Of a stretch of 64,000 bases of DNA, positions 41,411 through 54,714 are shown piece after piece. How positions within the stretch are numbered: position 1 is the first letter of the stretch; each line of letters begins with the position of its first letter. A program made the translations under genes and the position numbers. This stretch comes from Eledone cirrhosa (taxonomy: Eukaryota). The notes beneath the pieces were generated by a model. It ran no database searches. It was not told the DNA's origin and saw only the letters and a program-made list of their open reading frames with translations. Location: the NCBI GenBank assembly GCA_964016885.1, contig OZ024749.1, positions 38,316,001 through 38,380,000 on the forward strand. The letters are read 5' to 3'.

Positions 41411-42279
41411 TAACAGCAACTGATCGGGGGTTGATCTCGAACTTACTCAACCAACAACATCCGTTGTTTTAAGTGGAGTAGAATCAAATTTTGAAATAAA
41501 CCTCAGTTATGGGACTATGACTAGCCACACATCGTGTGACCTCCTCAATGATGTGTCTGTAACATTTGACTTTCTATGCAAGCTTTCAGATCAAATCCGA
41601 AAACTTCTATTACTATTTCTATTGATCAGTCTTCTCTCCCTTCACCTCTAGTTCTATTATATAGAAATGGAAGCCATTGTGATAGTAGGGCAGAGTTTGG
41701 CGTATTAGACTTTATGGAGCCTTGGTTCAGTGAGAAAGGGGAAATAATCTTAAGATTGGAGAACTAATCCGAATGTTTGCAACAGATTCAACTATACTAA
41801 CGGAACTTAAGAGATAATTAGAGATATATGTCACTGTTATTAATAGTTTCGTTTGAGTTAAGTGAAAACGAGAAACACCTTTGAGAGGAGGAGAAATGTG
41901 TGGACAAGTTCAAATCCGGTCGAGGTTAACTTTAACTTTGCCTTTCATATTTACAAGATCGATAAGATGAAGCACCAGTAATGCACTCGAGTCAATTGCA
42001 CGGCTTGTGCCAAAAATAGAAACAATTACTAACAGCAACTGATCAGGGGTTGATCTCGAACTTACTCAACCAACAACATCCGTTGTTTTAAGTGGAGTAG
42101 AATCAAATTTTGAAATAAACCTCAAAGTCAGATTTCTTTAGAATAATTTCGTGTCACCAACACAATTTTTCTAATTCTCTTTTCTTTGATGTTCTTTGTG
42201 ATAAAAATCTTCAGAAAACGAAAATTTCCAATTCAGAAGAAAGAAAAAAAAAAAAAAAAATGTAGCTATTATTTTCAGC

Positions 42280-42326
<47 letters not shown>

Positions 42327-42603
42327 CTATTATTATTATCATCATCATCATCATCATCATCATTATGATTCAACTTCCTCATCCTCCTCCTCATCATCAT
42401 CATCATCATCAACATCATCATCATCAACATCATCATCATCGCAACCACCACCATCTTCCTCATCTTCCACCACCGCCGCCTCCTCCTCCTCCTTCTCCTC
42501 ATCATCATCATCACCATCATCTTCCTCACCTTCTTCACCCTCATCTTCATCATCATCATCATCATCATTTGTATCATAATAATAATAATTATCATGATCA
42601 ATA

Positions 42604-42640
<37 letters not shown>

Positions 42641-43120
42641 CGGCGACCTACGTAGTAAATCGTATCATTGTGAGCTCCGCAAAGGTTTGTTGTTTTCGTT
42701 TGTTTAAAATTGCCATTTATGGAAAATTTTTATTGTTAACTGTATATAAGTGCACATACATTGTTTTCCGAAAAGGACACTCAAAAAGATTGGGGCCTTG
42801 AGCCCAAAATTTAAACTTTTATAATTATTAAAAAAAAGATTTCTTTGAAAAAAAACATGGATGACAGCCTTCCTCATAAACTAACACCTCACACAGACAC
42901 CACCATTGTAAATATTACTACGTTTGCCAACACTAAAAATATAAGCAGTAGCAATATTTTTAATTTGTCTCAGGCAGACATTCATTTCCCGTCATTACCA
43001 ATGACTCCAGGTGTTAAAGCCGCCACCACCACCACCACCACCACCGCGACAACCACCACCCCCACCACCACCGCGACAACAGAATCAAAAGAAAAAAATT
43101 AATTAACTCGTGATATCGAA

Positions 43121-43935
43121 ATGAATTCAACCAAAATGAACTCTTTCACACCGAACACTACTGACGCCACCACCACTACCACAACTGAAACTAAAATTAA
43201 TAATAACAAAAATAACGATAACAACAACAGCAACAATGACATTAAGAAAACCACCCTGAGTTTTGCCAGAGTAGCAAAACAGTGCGAAGCATTTCAGGTA
43301 ACTCAGGAGGAATTAGAAGAAGCCAAAAAAACGGTAAAGAAATATGGGTACAGGGTCAGCCTCCCTCTCCCCCACCTAATAAAATGGAGCATCGGCGCCT
43401 ATGCACCGTGTCTTATCGAACAATTAATAAAAAATCGCGCCGAGTTGAACGGGCATCCGAGTCCCAAATCCAAAAAGCTTTGCTACATGTGTGGGCAAAA
43501 AAAACCCACATCAGACGTGGGCAAAAATATGGAACCGTGGACGTGTTCTTTGAAACACCACAGGAGGCTAGAGAACACTCCATGGCCCCATTAAGAAGTG
43601 ACGACTTCACACTCGTCCCAAGCTATTGTGGCCAGAGACTCGTAAAGATCAGGGTCACCCACGTTCCACCGGCTATCGAAATTCCCTGGCTAATAGCTGC
43701 CGTCCTCGCCGGCATCGAAGCCAACACCAAGATAATCGAAATAGCGAAAGAAAAGCAGGAGAACTGGTACGGATCTGGGATGGAGCTCCTGATCCAAGCA
43801 GACCAAAAAAGCATTGAGGAGATCCCAGAGGTAATAGACCTCACTGACGGCAGCCACCTCACCGTAATTGTCGAGGCAGAAGGCCTAGGTGTGTCGTTTG
43901 TGGTGAAGGAACCCACCTAAGGGCTTTCTGCCCTC
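43121..43935 (+). pseudogene. Tx1-like ORF1 (RRM-like region plus CCHC zinc knuckle), frameshifted
   Basis: GTVDVFFET...LVKIRVTHVPPAI, then in a shifted frame GRRPRCVVCGEGTHLRAFCP (Cx2Cx4Hx4C). Confidence 0.75.
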
Positions 43936-44189
43936 AGGCTAAAAGGTTGAGGCCACCTCTCCTACCCACCCCAGTGACTCAACCATCAACACCACCAGCA
44001 GCAGAGATGGCAGCAACAACTGTAGCAGCAACAACAGAAGCAACTGTAACAGCAACAACCCCAGTAGCAAAACCACCACCACCACCACCAAACGCGCCAG
44101 AACTAGCATCAACGCCTACATCATCCACCACACCACAACCAAAACCAACGCCTGTGGAGGATTTTCCACTCCCCTACCTATCACAACTG

Positions 44190-47100
44190 GAGACAGATTG
44201 TTACGACGGGAAAGCTTTCAGGCTAGTGGCCGTCTATGCCCCGACAGGAGCAGGGCGGCCTGATTTCTTCCGGTGTCTGGAGACCTTTCTTGGAACGTCC
44301 CGCTCTTTAGTGTTAGTGGGCGACTGGAACGGGATCTTAGATGCACGCTGGGACTGTGTGGGATTAGCGGATGGGGGAGGAGGGTGCAAGAGCCTCACCA
44401 ACCTGCTCAGGCGTTTGAACTGGCTGACAGGTACCGATTGGATTTCCCGAATGTGCCAATGTGGACTTGGACAAATCGCATAGGGTCATCTAGATCATAT
44501 CTAGATAGAGTATTTTGTAGGGAAATAGATAGGTCTAGCATAGGCTGTCCACAATTCAAGATAGTCAGCTACACGGACCACAAATTCGTGATCTGTGTGC
44601 TTGATTTAGATAGGCTTCATAGACGAGGACCTGGCTACTGGAAGCTAAACGCGTCCTTACCAACGCACAAGGCCTACAGAGACCGGATTAGCGAACTAGT
44701 TAAGCGGGCGTTGACGGGGGCCATCGTCAACAACAAGTGGTGGTTTGCTCTGAAAAGAGCAATTAGAATAGAGTCCATTACGTTTAGTAATGCTTTAGTA
44801 ATAGAGAAAAATAGAGCAGAGGGAGAATTAGTTAGAAAATTAGATGAGGCGCTTAGCAAAGGCATCGCGACCGACGTACTTGCGGCGAAATTGGCCCTTG
44901 ACCAATTCTTCAATGCAAAGCACGAAGGCTGCGTTGTCAGAGCTAGGTGCGCGCTCTCAGACACGAGGGGACGAAAGCCGTTCAATGGGCCCGAGTGGCG
45001 GAGGCGCGTCGTGGCAACAAAGCCACGAACCGGTCTTTGGTAGACCACGACGGGCGCATGCTACTCGATCCCGGGCAAATGTATGAAGCTTTTCAGCGAC
45101 ACTTCGCACAGCTGTTCGGGGGTAGCGGCGGGCCGGATCGAGGGATGGACTTTAGTGTATACCTCGACGGACTGCCGCGGCTCTCGGCCACTGAGGCGGA
45201 GTGTTGCGAAAAGCCGATAACAGCCGCTGAAGTACGGGAGGCAATGACTGGCTGCACAAGGGGTAAATCGCCTGGTTTGGATGGTCTGCCCTATGAACTT
45301 TACGTACAGATGCCAAACTTGTTCGGAGGCATCTTGGCGGACGTCTACTGCAACTGGCAACAGAACGGGAGAATTCCCAGCTCTGTGAGCCGAGGAGCTG
45401 TGGCGCTGCTGAGAAAGGATCCGAACAAGGGGGATAACATAGATAATTTCAGGCCCATAACTCTGCTAAACACAGAGTTCAAGATTTTGGCCAAGGTGCT
45501 AGCAAAGAGGTTGGCGCTTGTCGTTGGTAGTCTGGTGGGAGAGACGCAGACGTGCGCCATTCCCTACAGATCCATCCACGACAACCTCCACCTCATGCGA
45601 TACATCGTAGAGAGGGTAGCTAGGGAACCTGCCATGGGTGGGTCCTTGATCAATTTAGATCAGTCGAAAGCTTTCGATAGAGTCGACCATCGTTACCTAG
45701 TGGCAGTCCTGAGGGCGGCTGGCTTTGGGCCCGTCTTCAGAGGCTGGATCGCTGCCATGCACAGCGACATCTGCTCTGTGGTGAGAGTGAAAGGTCACCT
45801 TTCGGAACCGTTCAACAGCATGCGCTCGGTCCGCCAAGGATGTCCCCTCTCGTCCCTCTTGTACGTATTGACTCTCGAGCCATTACTGCACAGACTGGAG
45901 ACGTTGAGGGGGGTCCCGCGCGAACTAGGATGCGGAAGATCCGTGTCAGCATATGCGGACGATGTCACCGTAGTGGTGTCGAATGCCAAACACATCGAGG
46001 CGATCGGCACTACACTAAGAGAATACGAAGCGGTGACAGGAGCAATGATCAACCTGGAGAGGCAGGTTCATGCCGTCCAACAGCGTCGTCGGGCGCTGGA
46101 CGGACGGACTGGTTAAATTGCTAGGGGCCTGGTTCGGTCCGGACCTCCAGACGGACAAAAACTGGGACGAGATGACGAGCAGGGTGGCTTCTCTCACCTA
46201 GAAATGGGCGGAGAGGAAGTTATCCCTGAAAGGTCGCTTGACCGTCGTACTTTGTCCTAAGCCCCGCCTAACTGCGCTGGAGCGTTTGCTCTTTCGCTTT
46301 TTGTGGAAGGGACGCGCTCCGATGGTCAGGCGGTCCATCTGCTGTCAACACCCGCTACGTGGAGGGCTGGGCTTGCCGTGGCTGATGATGCGCATACACG
46401 CGCTGAGGCTACGACATCTCCACCTCTTCCTCGACGGTAATCATGTGTTGTCGCCATTTGCTAGACACGTCTTTCCCCAGCTCGTCTCCTTGACGGAGCT
46501 GCAGTCCTGGGTCAAGCGAAGACCGAGAGGGAGCGCTTGGAGACTGGAATGTCTTTATGTGCTCACAGCCCTCGACCAATCGGGCAATGTGATCGGTGGA
46601 AACTCCACCTTGGCGTTCTATAGAGGATTAGTGGAGAGGAAGAGCGCCGACGTTCTTGGAGAAACTCTAGGCGTCGACGAAAATCAACTAGCCAATCTCT
46701 TCGGAAGGACTTCGGGCCGGGGCCTATGGACAACTTCCAGAAATCCCTGGCCTGGCAGTGCTACCGAGGAGCTTTGCCAGTTCGGAATAAACTCTACAGG
46801 TATGGAGGTGCCGTCAGTCGGGCGTGTCCCAGATGCGCGCAGGGCGGCGAAACCGTCCTGCACGCACTCGTCCAGTGTCCGAGCATTGCTGACTTGTGGG
46901 TTTATGTCGAACACCTGCTATCACGTGTAGGACGGATCCAGCTATCAGCTGAGTCCATCGTGAAGATTGCCCCGCCCTCTTCCTTTAGCCTGGAAGGACA
47001 GGCAGTTTTTATCTGTCTGGTGGCCATGGCGAAAGTATGGTGGACACGTTTGAAAGGGCTGAAGACGAGCACTTACCTCTTCGGTGATGCCCTGATTAAC

Positions 47101-47235
47101 TTTTTCAAATTTCATTTGAAAAGGAAAATCAGGGTAGAGTGGGAAATGCCCTTCTCCCAGCATTTTGTTGAAAGATGGGTGAGACAAGCAAGTATAGCCC
47201 GAGTGAATGGGCCTACTCTGAGTATGTGTCTGTAA
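44190..47235 (+). pseudogene. Tx1-like ORF2: APE endonuclease, reverse transcriptase and C-terminal zinc finger, frameshifted
   Basis: VAVYAP, LVGDWN, SYLDR, TDHK, GPGYWKLN; KSPGLDGLP, FRPITLLN, DQSKAFDRV, RQGCPLS, YADD; CPRCAQGGETVLHALVQC. Confidence 0.92.
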
Positions 47236-47479
47236 ATTAAAGGTGGAAAACTGGGAGAGGGCACTTGCCCTGGTGGTCAGGGTCACTGTGGCCTTTTAAT
47301 GGGCTTTCTCCACAAATGTCGCTCGGAAGTCTCCCCCTATTGGGGAATTTTTCTTTGTCATTTTATTACATCCTCTGGGTTTTTTTTAAACGCAGAAATG
47401 CCCATTTGTACCGACCTGTATTGTCCTGTACTGTCCTTAATGTCTACTTTATGTAAACCCTTGTGGTTAATAAAGAAAA

Positions 47480-47515
<36 letters not shown>

Positions 47516-47531
47516 CAGCATATTTGTAATT

Positions 47532-47564
<33 letters not shown>

Positions 47565-47759
47565 CTATTTATTTTTTCTAAACTAATTAAATTTCATTAT
47601 TTTATTTCTATGTTTATTAGTATATCTTATGTTTCTGATCAACATAGTTTACACAGCTTGATTTTATTTCAATCTAATTAAATATAATTATTCACCTAAT
47701 TAATCTCTACTTGATAAAATATTGGACCACAGTCATATTTACCTGCTTTAAAGGTTTAA

Positions 47760-48580
47760 GATGGTGGTGTTGATGGTGTTGGTGGTTGTGGTGGTAGTTG
47801 TGATGGTGGTGGTGGTGGTTGTGACGGTGTTACTGGTGGTTGTGGTTGTGGTGGGGGACGTGGGGACTTTGGTGGTGGTTATAGTGGTATTGGTGGTGGT
47901 GGTTTGGTAGTGGTTATAGTGGTGTCGATGGTGGTGGTTGTGGTGATTGTGGTGGTGATGGTGGTTGTTTGGTGGTGGTAGTGATGGGAGGGGGGCATTT
48001 GGTAGTGATGGGGGGGGGCATTTGGTGGTGGTTGTTTTAGCGGTGGTGGTTGTGGTGGTGTTGATGATAGTGGTGGTGGTTGTGGTGATGGTAGCGGTGA
48101 TGGGGGTGGTGGTGGTTGTAGTGATGGTGGTGGTGGTGGTGGTGGTGGTGGTGGTGGTTGTAGTGAAGGTGGTTGTAGTGATGGTGGTGGTGGTGAGAAC
48201 ATCTGGGGGCGTTGTTGGTGTTGGTAGCAGAGTTAGGGGCATGGCAGTGTTGATGTTGGTGGTGGTAGTATCGGTCATGGCGGTGATGGTGGTGGTGATG
48301 ATGGGGATGGGAGTGGCTGTGGTGGTATTGATGGTGGTGTGGTGGTGGTGGTGGTGGTGGTTATAGTGGTAGTGGTGGTGGTAGTAGTAATGGTATTGGT
48401 GTTGATGATGGTGGTGTTGGTGGGAGCATATTTGATGTTGCTGGTTGTGGCGTTCATGGTGGCGTATTGGTGGAATTGTTGATATTGGTAGTGTTGTTGT
48501 TGTTGTTGTTGTTGTCGTTGCTGCTGCTGGAGATGGTGGTGGTGGCAGTGATGGAGGTAATGATGATGATGATGATGGTG
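47760..48580. repeat. (GGT)n/(GTT)n low-complexity tract (similar at 36050-36740, 42280-42640, 52970-53270)
   Basis: Direct reading. Confidence 0.9.
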
Positions 48581-49040
48581 GATTCTTTCATGTTTCTTTA
48601 TAAACGATAATTTAATAAGCTTTACCAAGCTGGAGAATACGATGATACAGAGTGAGCTACCTAATTAGGTAGTCAGATAAATATATATATATGTATATAT
48701 ATATATGTGTGTGTATATGTGTGTATGTGTGTGGGTTTATGTGTATGTGTGTGCGATTGTGTTTATTTATATATGTGTACAACTATGTATGTATGTATGT
48801 ATGAACAGTATATAATTTCCCGAGTGTACTTTTAATAAACATACATTCTTCCTAGCTCTGTAGACATACCAAGTGTCTAAACCTCAGGGATTTTACGCGC
48901 CGTCTCACTCTCTCTAACCCCCTCCCCCTCATCCCCCTTCTCTCTGTCTCTCTCTCTCTGTATATATTTCTCTCTCTATATATATATATTATTTAACTAC
49001 CTTCTACCCCGCCCCCTCTCTCGCTCTCTGTATATATTTC

Positions 49041-49084
<44 letters not shown>

Positions 49085-49357
49085 AATATATATAGAGAGA
49101 GAAATCTATACAGAGAGTTTAACTTGGAGTTACTGTAGGTTCACCCGGGTGAGCACTCGATGTTTGAAACATGTGGCGTGATTAAAATGATTGGAAATTT
49201 ATACCATGGCTTCGGGTCTTTATTTTGATACAAATTCTCCGTTTTGCATCATCTAGCTGTTCCCATAAATGGAATTGGAGATATACAAAAGCGTGGAGAA
49301 CTCAATATTGGTAACAAAAATTTTATTGGACCGTTTGACACAACCAATAATACACCT

Positions 49358-49420
<63 letters not shown>

Positions 49421-49449
49421 AAAGAATAGAGGTGTAACACACAAGTTAT

Positions 49450-49853
49450 TATATATTGGTAAACGGAATAGAAAATGCTGACAAATTGTTCACAGTTGAA
49501 AAATGGTTTAATTAGGAATAAAAGAGTATTAGTGATTGTATGGGTTAGTATTCAGTTGTGGTTTTAAGTTTTTAAGTTTTTACCGGTTGCGCATTTCTAA
49601 ATGCTTTTCAAAAATAATTTTGAGATAGAGTGTCCGTGCTGTTTGCTCTGATCTGAGCAAACAGCACGGACACTCTATCTCAAAATTAATTTTGAAAAGC
49701 ATTTAGAAATGCGCAACCGGTAAAAACTTAAAAACTTAAAACCACAACTGAATACTAACCCATACAATCACTAATACTCTTTTATTCCTAATTAAACCAT
49801 TTTTCAACTGTGAACAATTTGTCAGCATTTTCTATTCCGTTTACCAATATATA
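49450..49853. repeat. ~404-bp near-perfect palindrome of family G (centre 49651/49652)
   Basis: GTGCTGTTTGCTC-tGATCt-GAGCAAACAGCAC. Arms extend to ATATTGGT / ACCAATAT then (TA)n, with two mismatched pairs seen. Confidence 0.95.
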
Positions 49854-50154
49854 TATATATATATATACAATATTTCCTTAGATTAATATTTAATATTAAT
49901 AATTTCATCAGAAAATGTTAACTGGTGTGAATTAGAGGCGTATTATTCGTAAGGCCGACTAAACTGAAAATTAGGGCCACACGAGGATTGGGAACCCGTC
50001 AATCAAGTGAAACCCTGATTTGTCGAAACTGACAAAGCTTTTCAAGTGTTAAAGGGTGAGGGTGAGGGTCTGGAAGTTACTTTCAAATTCTTACTGTTGC
50101 GTTTAGAAAGTTACTCTCTGCAGTGTTGCTTTTGGCACAGAAAGAAAAGAAGCC

Positions 50155-51978
50155 TGAGAAGGTTGAGAGGGTGGGAAGGTGAAGAGGTGAGAAGGTTGAG
50201 AGGGTGCGAAGGTGAAGAGGTGAGAAGGTTGAGAGGGTGGGAATGTGAAGAGGTGAGAAGGTTGAGAGGGTGGGAATGTGAAGAGGTGAGAAGGTTGAGA
50301 GGGTGGGAAGGTGAAGAGGTGAGAAGGTTGAGAGGGTGGGAATGTGAAGAGGTGAGAAGGTTGAGAGGGTGGGAAGGTGAAGAGGTGAGAAGGTTGAGAG
50401 GGTGGGAATGTGAAGAGGTGAGAAGGTTGAGAGGGTGGTAAGGTGAAGAGGTGAGAAGGTTGAGAGGGTGGGAATGTGAAGAGGTGAGAAGGTTGAGAGG
50501 GTGGCAAGGTGAAGAGGTGAGAAGGTTGAGAGGGTGGCAAGGTGAAGAGGTGAGAAGGTTGAGAGGGTGGGAAGGTTGAGAGGGTGACAAGGTGAAGAGG
50601 TGAGAAGGTTGAGAGGGTGGCAAGGTGAAGAGGTGAGAAGGTTGAGAGGGTGGCAAGGTGAAGAGGTGAGAAGGTTGAGAGGGTGGGAGGGTGAAGAGGT
50701 GAGAAGGTTGAGAGGGTGGGAATGTGAAGAGGTGAGCAGGTTGAGAGGGTGGCAAGGTGAAGAGATGAGAAGGTTGAGAGGGTGGCAAGGTGAAGAGGTG
50801 AGAAGGTTGAGAGGGTGGCAAGGTGAAGAGGTGAGCAGGTTGAGAGGGTGGCAAGGTGAAGAGATGAGAAGGTTGAGAGGGTGGGAAGGTGAAGAGGTGA
50901 GAAGGTTGAGAGGGTGGCAAGGTGAAGAGGTGAGAAGGTTGAGAGGGTGGGAATGTGAAGAGGTGAGAAGGTTGAGAGGGTGACAAGGTGAAGAGGTGAG
51001 AAGGTTGAGAGGGTGGCAAGGTGAAGAGGTGAGAAGGTTGAGAGGGTGGGAAGGTGAAGAGGTGAGAAGGTTGAGAGGGTGGGAAGGTGAAGAGGTGAGA
51101 AGGTTGAGAGGGTGGCAAGGTGAAGAGGTGAGAAGGTTGAGAGGGTGGGAATGTGAAGAGGTGAGAAGGTTGAGAGGGTGACAAGGTGAAGAGGTGAGAA
51201 GGTTGAGAGGGTGGGAAGGTGAAGAGGTGAGCAGGTTGAGAGGGTGGGAAGGTGAAGAGGTGAGAAGGTTGAGAGGGTGGCAAGGTGAAGAGGTGAGAAG
51301 GTTGAGAGGGTGGCAAGGTGAAGAGGTGAGAAGGTTGAGAGGGTGGCAAGGTGAAGAGGTGAGAAGGTTGAGAGGGTGGGAAGGTGAAGAGGTGAGAAGG
51401 TTGAGAGGGTGGCAAGGTGAAGAGGTGAGAAGGTTGAGAGGGTGGGAAGGTGAAGAGGTGAGAAGGTTGAGAGGGTGGCAAGGTGAAGAGGTGAGAAGGT
51501 TGAGAGGGTGGCAAGGTGAAGAGATGAGAAGGTTGAGAGGGTGGCAAGGTGAAGAGGTGAGAAGGTTGAGAGGGTGGCAAGGTGAAGAGGTGAGAAGGTT
51601 GAGAGGGTGGCAAGGTGAAGAGATGAGAAGGTTGAGAGGGTGGCAAGGTGAAGAGGTGAGAAGGTTGAGAGGGTGGCAAGGTGAAGAGGTGAGAAGGTTG
51701 AGAGGGTGGCAAGGTGAAGAGGTGAGAAGGTTGAGAGGGTGGCAAGGTGAAGAGATGAGAAGGTTGAGAGGGTGGCAAGGTGAAGAGGTGAGAAGGTTGA
51801 GAGGGTGGCAAGGTGAAGAGGTGAGAAGGTTGAGAGGGTGGCAAGGTGAAGAGGTGAGAAGGTTGAGAGGGTGGCAAGGTGAAGAGGTGAGAAGGTTGAG
51901 AGGGTGGCAAGGTGAAGAGGTGAGAAGGTTGAGAGGGTGGCAAGGTGAAGAGGTGAGCAGGTTGAGAGGGTGGGAAGA
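50155..51978. repeat. 33-bp purine-rich minisatellite, ~55 copies
   Basis: Unit TGAGAAGGTTGAGAGGGTG(GC/GG/AC)AA(G/T)GTGAAGAG(G/A). Confidence 0.97.
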
Positions 51979-52213
51979 TGAGAAGGTGGGATGATGAAGG
52001 GGATGAGAGGACAAGGCGGTAAAACGGTATGATATTCTGTAGCCAGCGGTTGATAGGTTGATAGAGAATATATATTGTGTGTGAGAGAGTGTGATAAAGG
52101 GTGTGTGTATGGGTTTATGCATGCGTTTGTAAATGTGTGCATGTGTGTGTGTGTTTCCATCCATCCATATGCACATGCCTACATTATATATATATATATA
52201 TATGTATGTATGA

Positions 52214-52258
<45 letters not shown>

Positions 52259-52392
52259 TAATTACATACAAACATACATACATATATTTATTTACATTAG
52301 AAAGACATACACAATGCATGTGTATATCTATAAATAAATACTCACACACAAACATATATTCATATATATATGTATATATATATATGTATATA

Positions 52393-52442
<50 letters not shown>

Positions 52443-52556
52443 GTATGTATGTATAACATACATGAGTTATGATATGTAAGTACATATGTGGATGGCTGTT
52501 TATATAATGCATAAACATGTATATGTATTAAAAATGTGTGACTGGGTATTTCATTG

Positions 52557-52630
<74 letters not shown>

Positions 52631-52711
52631 TGTGTGAGTGTGTGTGAGTGTGTGTGTGTCTGTGTGTCTGTGTCTGTGTCTGTGTCTGTGTCTGTGTGTG
52701 TATGTGTCTGT

Positions 52712-52822
<111 letters not shown>

Positions 52823-53346
52823 GAAGCGAGGTGATGTAAACGGTTGACCAACTCCATTAGCAGAGTCATCAATACTGACGTCAACTGTAGATTTATTCAA
52901 CAACATATCTACTTCACTTATTAAACTGTTCAGCCATCATTGTTATTTCCCATGAGGCTTTGCAATTGATGATGATGGTGGTTGAGGTGGTTCTGTTGGT
53001 AGGTTGGGGTAGTGTTGTTGTTGACGTTGTTGTTGGTGGTGGTTGTAGTGGTGATGGTGGTGATAGTGGTGGTGATGTTTGGGGATTGGGGTGGTGTTGG
53101 TGTTGGTAGTGGTGTTGGTGAAGATGGTGGTTGAGGTGGTTCTGTTGGTAGGTTGGGGTAGTGTTGTTGTTGTTGTAGTGGTGATGTGGTGATGATAGTG
53201 GTGGTGATGTTTGGGGATTGGGGTGGTATCGGTGTTGGTAGTGGTGTTGGTGAAGATGGTGGTGACAGTGTTAGAGGTACTAGCGGGGTTGATCCATTTC
53301 TACAATGTTACGTTTATACCAGTTTTTGTCAGCCATTCTCATATAT

Positions 53347-53528
53347 ATAGGAAAATGCTTAACCCCGACGGCAGAGTTCAAGCCGTTTCGACGGCTATTT
53401 CTGAGTCGAAACGGCTTGAGCTCTGCCGTCGGGGTTAAACATTTTCCTATTACCCACTCTACTACCCTAAGTATTGAGTACTCTGGTGCGTTATGGCCCA
53501 TCTGCTTCCTTACCACACTTCCTTCGTT
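53347..53528 (+). mobile_element. Family F insert with 46-bp-arm fold-back (53347-53392 / 53405-53450)
   Basis: ATAGGAAAATG..AACCCCGACGGCAGAG...TTTCGAC / GTCGAAAC...CTCTGCCGTCGGGGTT..CATTTTCCTAT. Confidence 0.8.
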
Positions 53529-53550
53529 ATATATATATGTATATATATAT

Positions 53551-54146
53551 ATTTCGTTTCTGAATTTGTTTAGCAAGATTCTTTATCTGAAATCGTGTGT
53601 TGAAACCGATATTGTTATACTTTGGGAGGGTCATGTTGCCAATAAGAAACACACGCGCCAGTTGCTTTCACTTCAATTTATTATATATTTATAAATTTAT
53701 AAATTTACAAATTTACAAATCTATAAATTTCTAGTTGGTTGGTTGGTTCCACAACCAGATAGTTGTTTATATATAGTCATAGTCCTTTCGTCACACACTC
53801 TGTCTTCAGTGACTGGGGATTCCTTTCCTTTGTTTCTGTGCCTTTCCTTTCTTCTATCCTACGCCATTTTGTTTCTGTGTGTGAAACAAAATGGCGTAGG
53901 ATAGAAGAAAGGAAAGGCACAGAAACAAAGGAAAGGAATCCCCAGTCACTGAAGAGGTCACAGAGTGTGTGACGAAAGGACTATGACTATATATAAACAA
54001 CTATCTGGTTGTGGAACCAACCAACCAACCAGAAATTTATAGATTTGTAAATTTGTAAATTTATAAATTTATAAATATATAATAAATTGAAGTGAAAGCA
54101 ACTGGTGCGTGTGTTTCTTATTGGCAACATGACCCTCCCAAAGTAT

Positions 54147-54154
<8 letters not shown>
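53551..54154. mobile_element. Family B pLTR fold-back (arms ~53609-53875 / 53883-54154, 7-nt loop) in (TA)n
   Basis: CGCCATTTTGTTTC-tgtgtgt-GAAACAAAATGGCG. The left (minus) copy carries the full 3' end matching 16340-16396. Confidence 0.9.
53944..53988 (+). ncRNA. Minimal type-I hammerhead (family B), mirror copy at 53775-53814 has a 5-nt deletion in helix II
   Basis: AGUCA-CUGAAGA-G-GUCACA-GAGUG-UGUGAC-GAAAG-GA-CUA/UGACU. Confidence 0.78.
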
Positions 54155-54194
<40 letters not shown>

Positions 54195-54195
54195 G

Positions 54196-54555
<360 letters not shown>

Positions 54556-54587
54556 CATATATATACATATATATATATATAAATATG

Positions 54588-54619
<32 letters not shown>

Positions 54620-54659
54620 AGTGTGCGTACGTGTGTGGATAAACATACATAAATAAAAA

Positions 54660-54714
<55 letters not shown>

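Larger units (their letters stand above)
42641..47514 (+). mobile_element. Near full-length L1/Tx1-clade LINE, broken by frameshifts and internal deletions, bounded by (ATT)n
   Basis: ORF1 and ORF2 remnants below. (ATT)n at 42607-42640 and after AATAAAGAAAAC at 47481-47513. Confidence 0.9.

Noticed and set aside
50083-52176. 610-697 aa ORFs on the minus strand
   Set aside because: They are translations of a 33-bp minisatellite, open in all three frames because the C/T-rich strand lacks stop codons.
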